DNA of 64,000 bases, from NCBI RefSeq assembly GCF_009914755.1, contig NC_060930.1; one strand, given 5' to 3'. The notes under the pieces were generated by a model. The model was not told where the DNA came from. It ran no database searches and saw only the letters and a program-made list of their open reading frames with translations. This document shows positions 1 through 11,984 of this stretch, piece by piece. The translations under genes were made by a program, and so were the position numbers. Source of the stretch: the human T2T-CHM13v2.0 reference genome, Homo sapiens. Position 1 is the stretch's first letter. Every line of letters starts with the position of its first letter.

Positions 1-1853
1 AAAGGCTAGTTGCACCCTGACAGCCTCCCTGCTCTCTCCTTCCTCACCCACATACACAACATCTTAACTGCTCTGAACCCTTCAGGCACATGCCAGGCAC
101 TAGGCAACCCGTCCTGAACTTCCCTGAGACACCTCTTGGGCTGTTGTTTAACATTTGAATGGGTCGGTCCTGGCTCCCCAACTCCCCAGCGTAAGCTCCT
201 AGGGAGAAGGAAGCTTGTCTTTGACTTCAAAGATGCTCCCCTACAGTCTTCAGTGCATCCTAGTGGGTGGGGCCAGTGTGGGGTGATAGGTTTACAGATG
301 GATGGGAATCATGGGTAAATGAACAGATGGATGAGTGGATGGATGCAACACTGATCACTAGGTGCTGTATGTCACTGTGCCGAGGCTGGTTGTTAAAGTT
401 AGTAAGTAGTCGTTGCCCCTAACCAGGGAAGGCCAACCTCCAACCATCTGGGACTTGCTGGACCTCATACCATTCAGCAAGTAAACATTAGCACCCCGCC
501 CAGCAGGGGGCCTCAGGCCCCTGCTCCATTGCTATGACCAGCGTCCATTCTTATTGGTCAGTATACGGGATTATTATTTTAACCAACACTCCTGAGTGGG
601 CAGATGAACAGAGGCCAGGACTGAATGTGAGATTAGATGATTTTAGGGAAGGAAGAACTGGAAGGAAGTAGGTAGGAACTTGTGACAAGCCAACTCGCTT
701 GTCAGGTGAGTGGGTTTTTGTTTCTCACACTCAACCATGACCTTGGGCTATTTAGTAGAACTCTGAGCCTCAGTCTGCTCACCTCTCAAGTGAGAACAGT
801 ATCTGCCTTGCCCACTTTAGAGGGTGGTCGTGCCTGGTTGGAATCTGTCCCTCGCTCCTCTAGGCATTATTCTTTGCTCTGCACGTGCCCGTTTCTCTAA
901 TAGATAATGAGCTCTTTGCAAACAAGGATGCAGTATAAAACATCTTTATATCCCAGAGCGTGCTTGGTAAATGTTGGTTGAATGGATGAATGCAGGAGTA
1001 ATGAATGAGTGAATGAAAAAAAGAGCAGACTCTGAAAAGTATAGCAGGAGAGAGTAGGGTGCACATGGGGGAAGTTGTTGTAAGATGGATGGGAGGTGGA
1101 GAGGGGGAAGACCAGGGAGGGGCACTGCCCAGTATCAGAAGGGATCTTCTCGCACCCTTGATCAACTCCTCATGTGCCTCCTTCACTACCCTGGTGATGC
1201 CCAAGTTTTGGGAGCATGAGGCCAGCATATGTCCTCGTGGGAGAGTGGGCCCCTGAAGGCAGATCCTAGTGTGGGTAGCGCTGCTTCATCCAGCTTCCCA
1301 GGGTGCACCACTGCAGTCTCTGTGAGCTCCAGGTATGAAACTCAGGGTTGTCCAATGAAGGGAGAGGGGAAGCACCAGAAGACAAGACAGGGAACCAGAA
1401 AGGCTAGAGGAGAAGACCAAGGCTGGAGGAGCTGAGGAGCACACCGACCTTGACTTCAAACCTTGCCCTCCCTCCCCTCACTCTAGTGGTACCATCAACG
1501 CATCCCTTCTCAGATCCCCAGCCTGGCTGGCTGCCCCTTCCCAAGTCTCTCTCTGGGCTCCCCTCTTTCTCATATCCAGGGCCTATTTGGAAGGCCAGGG
1601 CTCTGTCTCCAAATCCTGCCCCACACTCTGGAATCATCCCTGGGTGATCTCAGCCTCCTCCCAGCTCAGTACACATGATTCAGCGCTTAATTATTTCCTA
1701 TGGAATAGGATTCGCCGTTTGCTCATGTGCGCATGTGCTGTACGTGAGGGTGCTCTTCCATGTACCCACCACCCACCCATGGCCACAGGAGTTACAGCTG
1801 GTCTCTCTGGCAAGGCCACTATTCTTTTTCTTCTCTCTTAGAAAGGAGGTCTT

Positions 1854-2290
<437 letters not shown>

Positions 2291-2781
2291 GAATTCTTTT
2301 GTTTAGGGCTTCCAGTAAGAAGAAAGCTGCCACAAGTAGGGGCTGGGGAGTAGCTTGCTGGGCAAGCTGCCCCCCTTTAAAGGGTTATTTTGAGAATTTG
2401 AGGACAGGGGTGTGAAAGCACGTTATAAACTTAAGTGATCTGAAAATCCACAGGAGCATTAGAATTATTCTTGGTATCATGATCATGATCATTGTTGGTT
2501 TAGGTGTAGCTGACAAAGCAGGAAGGGGCAACAGCCAGATCTTATTAAGGTTCTGCTATAGATCAGAGTGATAATGTGCAGACTTCTAGGGAAGAAAAAT
2601 TCTTTGCCATCTGTTTGTGTTACAACAGATCTTTCTGGGGATTTGCCACCCCACCCCCTCCCTGCCCCTTGGAACCCATCCTGAGCCCCTTCAGAACTCA
2701 GCGTGGGCACCACTCTTCACATTCAGCCATCCACTGTCTCCAACTCTTCTCAGCCCCCTTTTCTATATCTCATCTCCTCAG

Positions 2782-3142
2782 CCAGACTGTACATTTCCCC
2801 AGACTGTACATTTCCCCAGACTGTACATTTCCCAGACTGTACATTTCCGCAAACTGTATGTTTCCCAGACTGCACATTTCCCCGACTGCACATTTCCCCA
2901 GACTGTACATTTCCCAGACTGTACATTTCCCCAGACTGTACATTTCCCTAGACTGTACATTTCCCAGACCGTACATTTCCCCAGACTGTACATTTCCCAG
3001 ACTGTACATTTCCCTAGACTGTACATTCCCCAGACTGTACATTTCCCCAGGCTGTACATTTCCCAGACTGTATATTTCCCTAGACTATACATTTCCCAGA
3101 CTGTACATTTCCCAGACTGTACATTTCCAGACTGTACATTTC
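2782..3142. repeat. Minisatellite/VNTR, unit CCAGACTGTACATTTC(C), 16-17 bp, ~22 copies
   Basis: Units counted directly; explains the repetitive ORFs 2576-3232, 2617-3183 and 2778-3818. Confidence 0.97.
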
Positions 3143-3204
3143 TCTCTAGAGCACTTAGCACTGTGGGGGAACACAAAATGTGAAGGAAAAGAAAAGGAGA
3201 AGGG

Positions 3205-3450
3205 GGCCGGGTGTGGTGGCTCACACCTGTAATTCCAGTACTTTGGAAGGCCGAGGTGGGCGGATCATCTGAGGTCGGGAGTTCGAGACCAGCCTGACCA
3301 ACATGAAGAAACCCCGTCTCTACTAAAACTACAAACATTAGCCAGGCATGGTGGCGCATGCCTGTAATCCCAGCTACTCGGGAGGCTGAGGCAGGAGAAT
3401 CGCTTGAGCTTGGGAAACAAGAGTAAAACTCCGTCTCAAAAAAAAAAAAA
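3205..3450 (+). mobile_element. Alu, AluSp-like, with internal right-arm deletion
   Basis: GAGGTCGGGAGTTCGAGACCAGCCTGACCAAC diagnostics; CGCTTGAG joins directly to CTTGGGAAACAAGAG; poly(A) tail. Confidence 0.93.
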
Positions 3451-3722
3451 GAAGAAGGGAAAGGAGAGGCAGATGGGGATGAAGAGAGGGAGATAGGAAT
3501 GGAGAGATGGAGAGAGGAGAAAGAAAGAAAAAAAGGGGAAGAAAGGAAGGAAGGAAGAGAGGGAAGAAGGAGGAAGGGAGGAAAGGGAGGAGGGAAAGGA
3601 GAAGGAGATAGGGATAGAAGGAAGGCAGAAGGAAGGAGAGAGGAAGGAAGGATGAAGGAAAAGGGGGAAGGAAGGAAGGAAGAGAAGGGGGGAGGAAGGA
3701 GGAAGGGAGGGAAGGAAAGGAT
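3451..3722 (+). repeat. GA-rich low-complexity polypurine tract
   Basis: ~270 bp almost only A/G (GGAA/GAAG units) following the Alu tail. Confidence 0.9.
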
Positions 3723-4084
3723 AGCACTGGATTTGCATCCAGTCTTGGATCTACCACTCTCACAAATTTGAGTGTCCTTCACCAAGTTGCCCAACCTCTT
3801 ATTACTCAACAACCTCAAGCTGCTTCAGTTTCCCCATCTACTAATGAATCTTCTGGTACCTTCTGCCAAGAGTCAGAGAACCAGAGACTCCCAGACCCCA
3901 TTTCTAGCCAACCACTTTCTCCAACCAGACCTGCCTACACAGGGAGCCGGCTCCCTAATGTTCAATTTCTGGACCCCTGGGTCCTCCCCTCCCCTCCCCA
4001 CTGGCCCCCACCCATATCCTCACAGGGGCGCCCAGCTCCAAGCCTGTGTTTGTGAGCTCACAAGGAACCACGGGACACGGGCCT

Positions 4085-4635
4085 TTCTCTCTGCCGTAAT
4101 GAAACCCTTTAATCATATTCAAATAGGTTACTGTTCAGGGGGAAAATAGAAATATGGATTTGATAGCAATAAATTTCCCTGGCTGGCTAAGCCCAGTTCT
4201 TAATTGTCCTGTCCCAGGGCTCGCACATTTCATTGTTCGTTAGGTGCTTAAGTCCCCACTCTCATTTTGTGGCGGTGACATTACCGTTGATGGCTCTAAT
4301 ACTCTCATAATTTGAAAGGGGATTTGCATGATAGAACGCAGAGTATTAAAAGAAAAAGAAAAAAGGGAGAGAGAAAAATGGTGGGGGCAAGATGGGAGGA
4401 GGAGCTCGGAAGGGAAGGGGGGCAGCATGCGGGGGAGGGGGCGGATGAGGAACTCAATCCAGCTTTCACTTTAAAAAAGTCACTTTCTTCAAAGTCAAAT
4501 CATTGTTTTCATTAAAGTAAAAAAAAAAAAAAAAAAAGGAAGAAAGAAAAAAGCCAAGGCTGCACATTGGGCTGACTGGGCACTGGTCTTCTCCGTATTG
4601 TTCCTAATGGTTATTAATTATTATTATCCGGCTGT
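4085..4635. promoter_or_regulatory. Candidate developmental enhancer (CNE-like)
   Basis: Repeat-free AT-rich block: SOX CATTGTT at 4231 and 4501, octamer ATTTGCAT 4322-4329, TCF/LEF CTTCAAAG 4487-4494, many TAAT cores. Conservation not verified. Confidence 0.55.
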
Positions 4636-6614
4636 GCAGGGCTCTGTGGACGTGATGTCCCCAATGTCCTTGGGGTGGAGCTGGGGGGGGCGGGCGTCAG
4701 GGGAGGGGCTGACTCTGGATGGGGAGGTTTGCTTCTGGGCCACAAGAGGATGCAGATGCCCACCTTGTGGCAGGAGCCAGTCGGAGCCCAGCTCTAGGGA
4801 GGTGGAGGCGACAGGGGACGCTTTCCTAGAAAGCAGGCCTCTGTGGGAGGAATCGAAGGCTCCTGGGTCCTGGCCAACTCTTCTTGGGCTTCCTAGAAGT
4901 TTCTTCTTTTAACAACCAGTGATTTAGGCATAACCAGCCTTGCTAGATACAAGACAGTTCAGGTCACTGATGGGGTTTTCCGAGTCCCTTTTGCAAACCG
5001 GCTTCCTCACCTTCCCTGCTGCCCCAGTCCAGAACCGAATAGGGCCTCACACAAGTTTTGTGGATTCCCAAAAGGGCTTCACTTCACTCTGTCACTGGGC
5101 ACAATGGGTCAGTGAATGCTGTGGCCGAGCTGCCCTTTCTTCCTGGCTGGTTGGGGCTGGGGGTGTGTCTCAGGGTCCCAGTGACATTTTGCCTTCTACT
5201 TAGCATCTTTCTATATAGTGCCAGAAGTTCTAGAAATCACAGCAGCCCTGGGTTTCTGGGGCGTGGCGGAGGGCCAATGCAGCTTTCCTTGAGGTGATGG
5301 GTCTGTGCTCCAAGTAAGGCCGCTCCAGGGGAGTCATGAGTTCCCTCAGCCTGGAGAGGATAGGTAGCTTGGCCTGTGTGGACAAAGTAGCATGGATGTG
5401 CGGGGAGCGCTGCAGAGAGCAGGGCATGGCATGCAGCATGTGTGTTCTGGACTGTGAGTTGGTGCAGAGTATCGCCTGTCTGCATGGGCTCCTACCCTCC
5501 ATGCAGCTCCCACCATACCCCCTGGTGTGGTCACTTTCTAATCATCACCCTACTGGCCTGCACCCTTGAACCGTCTTCCCTGGGACAGGGCTGGGCCCCA
5601 CAGAGAGCAGTGGCCAGAGCCACCCTGTATCGTCAGGATGTCCCCCACCTGCACGGCACCCCTTGTGCTTCTGCCAGGTTGATGCCCCTTCTGGCCGCTC
5701 CCTTACCCCCTCCACTTCCTGGGGACTCTGTTCTGGATTAGAATTTTAAAGCGAATAAATTCTGGGGTTGAAATAAAAGCTGTCTACAGAGAGCCTGCTC
5801 ACATTTCTCCTTCTCCCTCTCTTTTGCCTGCTTCGGGAAGTGGGAATCTGGAAAGGCGTGGTCTCAGGTCCTCCACAGTCTGCATGCACGCATGTGCCCC
5901 TCGGCCCTCACAGGCAGTCTTTTTCTATCTGCTGCCCCTCCCTACTGACCACTCCTCACTCTGAGCCCAGGACCACCACCAGGATGCCCAGTTCCTAGGC
6001 ATGGGTCTGGAATTGGCTTCCCCGGAGAGTTGCCATTGCTCAGCCCCCCACAACTGCAGAAATCTAGATTATCGCCCATTTAATGAAGCTGAAGTTGCAG
6101 GGTAAGGGAGAAAGGAATAAAGAAAAAGTGGGAGGTTATGGAGAAGAAACCTAGGCCTGCGCAGGAAAACAAATGGTCTTTCTTAGATGCTGAAGCCCTA
6201 GGTGCCAACACAGTGCTTTTTTCTGTAGGGATCCAGGTGGAGGGTGGACAAGTGGCAGCCCTGTCCTCATCTCTGCCTCCACACAAGGGTGGCAGGCCCT
6301 GCCTCTTCCCCAACCTGGGAGTGATGGAAGGCCACAGACCCAGCCCCTCCGCTCCCCAGCCTGACTGCTGGATTCATAACATTTCCGACATGAGCAGTCT
6401 TCAGAGGTGCTGTCTGAAGCCACCGGGAAACAAACTTGGCGGCCCCCCCACTACCCCACCCCAGAGACCCCCAAGGAGAAGCTGTCTCTAGGAAAGGGGG
6501 TGGGGGGGAAAGCAGAGAGACAAAGTGATTCTTAAATATTTTCCTTCTCTGCAGTCACTCAGGGAGGAGGGGGTGAGGGGTGAGGGAGGCTGGAAGGGGG
6601 GCCAAAGGGGGCTT

Positions 6615-6940
6615 AATAGGCTCCGGTGACAGCACAGTGTCCACATTGGGAAAAGATTAATGACGAAAATTAATCGCCTGACCTTTCTTTCCAGGAGCTG
6701 GAGGTGAGGCGGGCCATTAAAGCCTCTTATGTTGTAATTAACGTTGGAGGGGAGAAGAGAGCTGCCTTCAGAATGGATGTGATCATTTAATTAGGCTTAG
6801 GCGTAGGTGCCACAACAGGTCCGGAGAAGTCATAATTTAACTACAGCTTTAAATTACACAGGCAGAGTGGGGATGGCAGAGTTTGACGGCAGGAGAGCCT
6901 GCCTCGGAGCTCGGGGAAACAATTAGATAAACATCCCGAG
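6615..6940. promoter_or_regulatory. Candidate homeodomain-site-rich enhancer abutting CpG island 1
   Basis: GATTAATGACGAAAATTAATC, GTAATTAAC, TTTAATTAGG, CATAATTTAAC, AACAATTAGATAAACA within ~320 bp. Confidence 0.55.
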
Positions 6941-7124
6941 TGAGTGAGAGAGCCGGTCAGAGACAGACAGACAGACAAAGCGGTAGGCGCTGACAGTGAG
7001 AAAGGTGGGGAAGAGGCAAGGAAGGGGGTGGTGCGAAGGGCGGCGAAGAGGGGCAACCGTAGGAGTCCCTGAGCGAGAAGAAAAGTGAGATCCCCAAGAG
7101 TGAGCGGCGGCCTGAGGAAGAGGG

Positions 7125-7155
<31 letters not shown>

Positions 7156-7990
7156 CGCGTGTGTGTGTGTGTGAGCGCGCGCACGTTTCTGGGGCGAGTG
7201 CCTCTGGGCACCCTCAACAGCCCCAGCCGGAGGTGCAGACTGCATTCTTCAAACATTCTTCAAACACACCCGACCTTCCAGAACGTGCAAAGACACTGAG
7301 CTGAGAAGGCGGTGAGGGCCAGGCATTGCATTGGTCCTCGCCTTCTCGGGGCGCCGCTCCCCACGCAGTCTCCCTGCTCGAGCTCGGGAAGAGGAGACAC
7401 CTTCCTTTCCCACCCTGGAGAGTCTGGTGGTCCCCGAGCGCCCCGCCCCACCCGCGCCCTCAGGGACGGCCAGGGCCGGGCCGCGCGTCCTAGGCACCCG
7501 GAGCGAGCTGCTAAGCCGGACTGGACGGCGGGAGCCATCTGGGCCAGCGCGGGGGCCGGGGAAGTTCAAGGCCCGGGCACTGCGCAGCGCCGAGGGGGAT
7601 GACCCGCCGTCTCCGGGGCGCCAGCGCCGGCTAGTTGCTCAACCTGCTGGATTAGTCACTCGGCGGGACCCGCGGGACCGTCGGAAAAACGCGAAGGGAG
7701 CGCTAACGCGCAGTGGGAGGGAAGGAGAGGACTGAAGAGAGACGGGGGAGGGGAGAGGAGGGGTCGGCTGCCAGGCCTAGGTGGGGTGAATCCGCAGCTG
7801 GGCTGACTCAAGCGGAGGAGCCGGAAGGACACCCCGCGAGGCTTCGGGGCGCGCTTTTAGGGAGGCGCCGCCTCCAGCTTTGTGCCAGAAAGTGGGGGTT
7901 GCGGCTCAGGCTTGAATCCAAGAAAGGCTCCGGGTGGAACTCCTGGGCACCCTGGGTCCTTACTCTGCCTTCAGGCGCTGGCCACCGTTG
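6900..7990. promoter_or_regulatory. CpG island 1 (no coding exon seen)
   Basis: High GC and dense CpG (e.g. GGCCGGGCCGCGCG, CGGCGGGACCCGCGGGACCG); boundaries approximate. Confidence 0.85.
7125..7173. repeat. (GT)11(GC)6(GT)7 alternating purine-pyrimidine tract
   Basis: Read directly; followed by AGCGCGCGCACGT. Confidence 0.95.
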
Positions 7991-10139
7991 GGACTTCCTG
8001 GGCCCCAAGGGACTTTGATGATCTCACCGTCCCCTCCTACTCTAGCCCATGCCAAAGCCACTGTGAGCTGGAGGGACGCTGGGAGAATAGAGGGAAGAGA
8101 GAGAGGCCAAGGGATGGAGTTGTGGAGGTGGGGTAGGAAGCGCCGGGCAGACCCCTGCTGCTGTCAACACTGAGGCCTAACCTGTGGACGGCACCCACCA
8201 TTTGGGTTGGAAGAAACCCAACCCAAATGTGGATTGGATTGGAGTTATGGATGCGGGGGAAGACAGAGACCCCGCACCCCCAACTTCCCACTCATTTACT
8301 AGCCCCCACCCACAGATAATCAAGTAAGAGCCTGCCTCCTGCCCCTCCCCCACAGAAAAAACACAAAAGCCACCAAACGGTCGCTGGAAGGACACTCTTT
8401 TCTTCTGAAGCAGGGCAGTTTCTTCATTTTGATTAAACATCCACACATTTCCAAATTAGTGAATCTCTTCTCAGTTGGAGCTTGGTCCCTGCCTTGCTGG
8501 TTGATTGACTGATTGACTGCTTGATTGATTGCCTAATGAGTCTCTTTGGTCTCTCCTAGGGCTCAGACGTCTGTCCTAAGAATGTCCAGCCTGCACTGGG
8601 GATAAAGGAGGAGCTGTAGCCTCAAGAGAGACAGATAGGGGTGGGACTGGGTGGAGGTGCTGGGTGCCAGATAGGGGATAGGGCTCTGCTCCTTGACCAG
8701 GGCTCAGGCTGGCCCAGAAGGCTTGGGGTCACGTCTGGATTGTGCCCCCGGGCTGCCTTTGCCGTGTTGACTGTCCACAGAGCCCAAACACCCAGACCCA
8801 GAACTCCTGAGACCCTGACCTAAGTCAGATGGGGACGCAAAGGCCACTTAGCACCTGGAAGGCCAGATGGGGAGTACGGAGAAAAAGTGGGAAGCAGGGG
8901 GTGGGGTGAGGAGGCAGGGAGTGGGGAGGGGGGAGTTGGTGAATAGAGATGAATGGGAGCGGGAAGCCTGGACCAGTCTACGGCTCCCTTAGTTGAGATT
9001 AGCAGGGAGAACCCCTGCCTCTCACCTCACTAAGTGGGACTGTGCATCCCTCACAGAGAATCCCAGCTCCTAGGAGACTGCTTTCATCGTTTAGATGTTC
9101 CCTTTCTCTCTCAACAAACATGTGCACTCAGGGACCTGCCTTGGGAGGGACCCTGGGACCCCTGCCTTTGCCATTTCATTTGCAATAAAATCTGAACTGG
9201 TAAGAGCCTGCCAAACTGCCCTGGGCCCCACCTCTCCAACTCAGTCTCATTTCCCTCTTCCCCTCTTCATTGGCTCCAGACACATCCCTGGCCTTCTTTC
9301 TTCCCCCCACCTACAATTTAAGCTCCAAGAGTGCCAGCCTAGGCTGTCAGGTTCACCAGCTACTCTGCAGTGCCTAGAATGGTGCTGGCCCATAGTAACC
9401 ACCCAGCAAACATTTGCTGACTAAATGAGTGTCTTATAGTTCTCTTTCTGTAAGTCCCCCCTCCACCCCAACAGGGCTTGGCACACAAAGAAGCCCCTCA
9501 CCGTATGGCCCTCTGATATCCTGCTTTAGCTTTTCCTTCTGTTTATAAAGCTTCCTTCTCTGCAGAGACAGGAGTTGAGTATTTTGCGGGGACGGTCTCA
9601 TACAGAGGTCACAAATTACCCTACAGCAAAAACCAACAGTCCACTTGGGATCTCCAACCCATAACGGCCAAGATAGTGGGCTCAGCCAGGAAGTGCAGGG
9701 GCTCACCTGGCCAGCAAGAGCCCTATCCCATCCTATCCAAGGCCCTGCCAGTGAATTCCTAGGAAATAGAGGAGGAAAAAGCAATTAGAGGAATCAGCTT
9801 TTCAGAATGGACAGCAGGGTTAGCCCCCTCAGAAGAGATGAATGAGGTATCGCCTCATTCCAGGGGCCCTGCCTGGAGGAATTTGGTTGGGAGGAGTCCG
9901 AGAGTGGAGGAGGGATGGAGGGGTCCGCCTCTCCGTGTGAACAGCCTAGGCCTCCGCTGGCCTGTTTGTTTTTGTCTGACTGTTTGTTGGATGGGGGCAG
10001 GGGAGATAAAGATGTGGAAACAACCTTAAAATAACCTCCACAATTCCCTAGGCGCTGTCAGGACTAGGCGCTTGGGTCTATCTTGGGGCTTGCAGACTTG
10101 TATTGTGGCTGTGGGGGATGGGGTTGTGGGCCGATTCTG

Positions 10140-10141
<2 letters not shown>

Positions 10142-10188
<47 letters not shown>

Positions 10189-10214
10189 TGTCTGTCTGTC
10201 TGTCTGTCTGTCTG
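10142..10214. repeat. (GT)n plus (CTGT)n compound microsatellite
   Basis: Read directly. Confidence 0.95.
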
Positions 10215-10710
10215 CATGGATACACTGCTCTTGCCCTGATCCTTCTCCCCTACTTGCTCCCCTGTGTGCTCTGGGTGAGCTGGCATTGATTTCAGTCCCC
10301 TCAGCTGACACTAGCAGGAATGAATAATCTGGTGACTTGAGTTAGGAGGCAGGGCCTCAAGAAGACATGGCAACTGCATAAATCCTGAAGATGCGGGGCT
10401 CAGGTGGGCCCCACAGAGCACTGGGGTCACTCCCTAGGAGTTATGACTCTTTAATTCACTTACCTCCTTCTCCTCTTTCACCCCTGGCCAGTTGCATCAG
10501 CTGCAGAAGGCTTAACCCTACCTCTGTGCCCTGGGGAAGGGTGGGCACTGGGCCTTACCTGCAGAGTGGGATGGAGGCAGTGTGATCCCAAGACTCTTTT
10601 TCTCAGGCCCCAACTCTCCTGCCCTCCTCTCCTGCACTCCCATCCAGGTGCCTCCTTCCTCCTCCCCACCCAAGTAGGCATTCATGGCCAAGCCATAAAA
10701 ACAGGTTTCT

Positions 10711-11018
10711 GGCCAGCCACCTTGGTGCACACCTGTAACCCTAGCACTTTGGGAGGCCAAGGCGGGAGGATCGCTTGAGCTCAGGAGTTTGAGACAAGCC
10801 TGGCAACATAGCGAAACCCCATCTCTACAAATAATACAAAAAATTAGTCAGGCATGGTGGCACATGCCTGTACTCCCACTATTGGGAGGCTGAGGTTGGA
10901 GGATCATCTGAGCCCAGGAGGTTGAGAAGGCTGCAGTGAGCCATGTTTGTGCCACTGCACTCCAGCCTGGGCAACAAAGTGAGACCCTGTCTCAAAAAAA
11001 AAAAAAAAAAAAAAAAAA
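10711..11018 (+). mobile_element. Alu, AluJ-like
   Basis: GGGAGGATCGCTTGAGCTCAGGAG AluJ pattern, long poly(A), TSD-like AGGTTTCT on both sides. Confidence 0.93.
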
Positions 11019-11217
11019 GGTTTCTCTCTCACTTATGATTACCCCAGCTTGGGTACTTCTTCTACTTCTTCACACTGTTTAGGGGAATAAGAACCCAGGC
11101 ATAGGAATCCACAAGGAGGCTTAAGTTAATCCACCCCTCCATATCTAGGCCTATGTCCCACGGACCTAGATAAAAGTGCAGGGTGAGGAACATTTGTCTT
11201 AAAATCTACTCCCTCCC

Positions 11218-11504
11218 CTTTTGTGTTTTTTGAGATGGGGGGTCTCACTCTGTCGCCCAAGCTAAAATGCAGTGGCTCAATCATGATCGAGCCTCCATGG
11301 CTCACATGATCTTCCTGCCTCAGCCTCCAGAGTACCTGGGACTATGGGAACATACCGCCACGCCCGGCTAATTTTAAAATTTTTTTGTAGAAATGGGATC
11401 TTGCTGTGTTGCCCAGGCTGGTCTCAAACTCCTTGGTTCAAGCGATCCTCCTGCTCCACCTCCAAAACTGCTGGGATTACAGGAGTGAGCCACTGTGCCC
11501 AGCC
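11218..11504 (-). mobile_element. Alu, AluJ-like, antisense
   Basis: Poly-T start, ends GAGCCACTGTGCCCAGCC. Confidence 0.92.
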
Positions 11505-11984
11505 CCACCCGCTTTAATTTCCCTTCTCTGGCTCTTGCTCAACCTGGTTTTAAGCCCCCACTCTGCCACCAGCCTAGCTCTGCCAGCCTGACCTTGAGCA
11601 AAACCTTCCCTTCTGCCTGTTGCCTGTAACACCACCCAGCCAAGGTCTTTAACTTTTGGTCGGGTGGTAGCATCTCCCTAAAGGAGTGTCTGAGTTTTAA
11701 GAGGGACTTTTTAACCCCCATGTTTTAGTCATTAGATAGATGTGTGAGTGTGGGGGGAATTTCTGAAGAGGGACTTTCTAATGGATGCCCCCTTGCCCAC
11801 TCAGAAGGCTCCTTTAAGCAACAGAGATGCCCTTTAACTTTCAGAAGGATGTTAGTCTCTGCCATCATCACCCCAAACCCAAAATAGTTGATGTTGGAAT
11901 TTTTAGATGTTTCTGAACTCAGGGAGACTGGGCCCCAAACTGCCAAATATAAAATAATTTTCCAGTCAAACTTTAAAAGAGCAT

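Noticed and set aside
2782-3142. CRISPR-like repeat array
   Set aside because: Units are head-to-tail with no unique spacers, there are no cas genes, and the context is mammalian
2576-3818. Longest ORFs (218, 188 and 346 aa)
   Set aside because: They are translations of the minisatellite, an Alu and a GA-rich tract; no domain or exon structure
7249-8018. Overlapping Arg/Pro/Gly-rich ORFs in CpG island 1 (likewise 40704-41549)
   Set aside because: Expected from stop-codon scarcity in GC-rich DNA; no recognisable protein similarity
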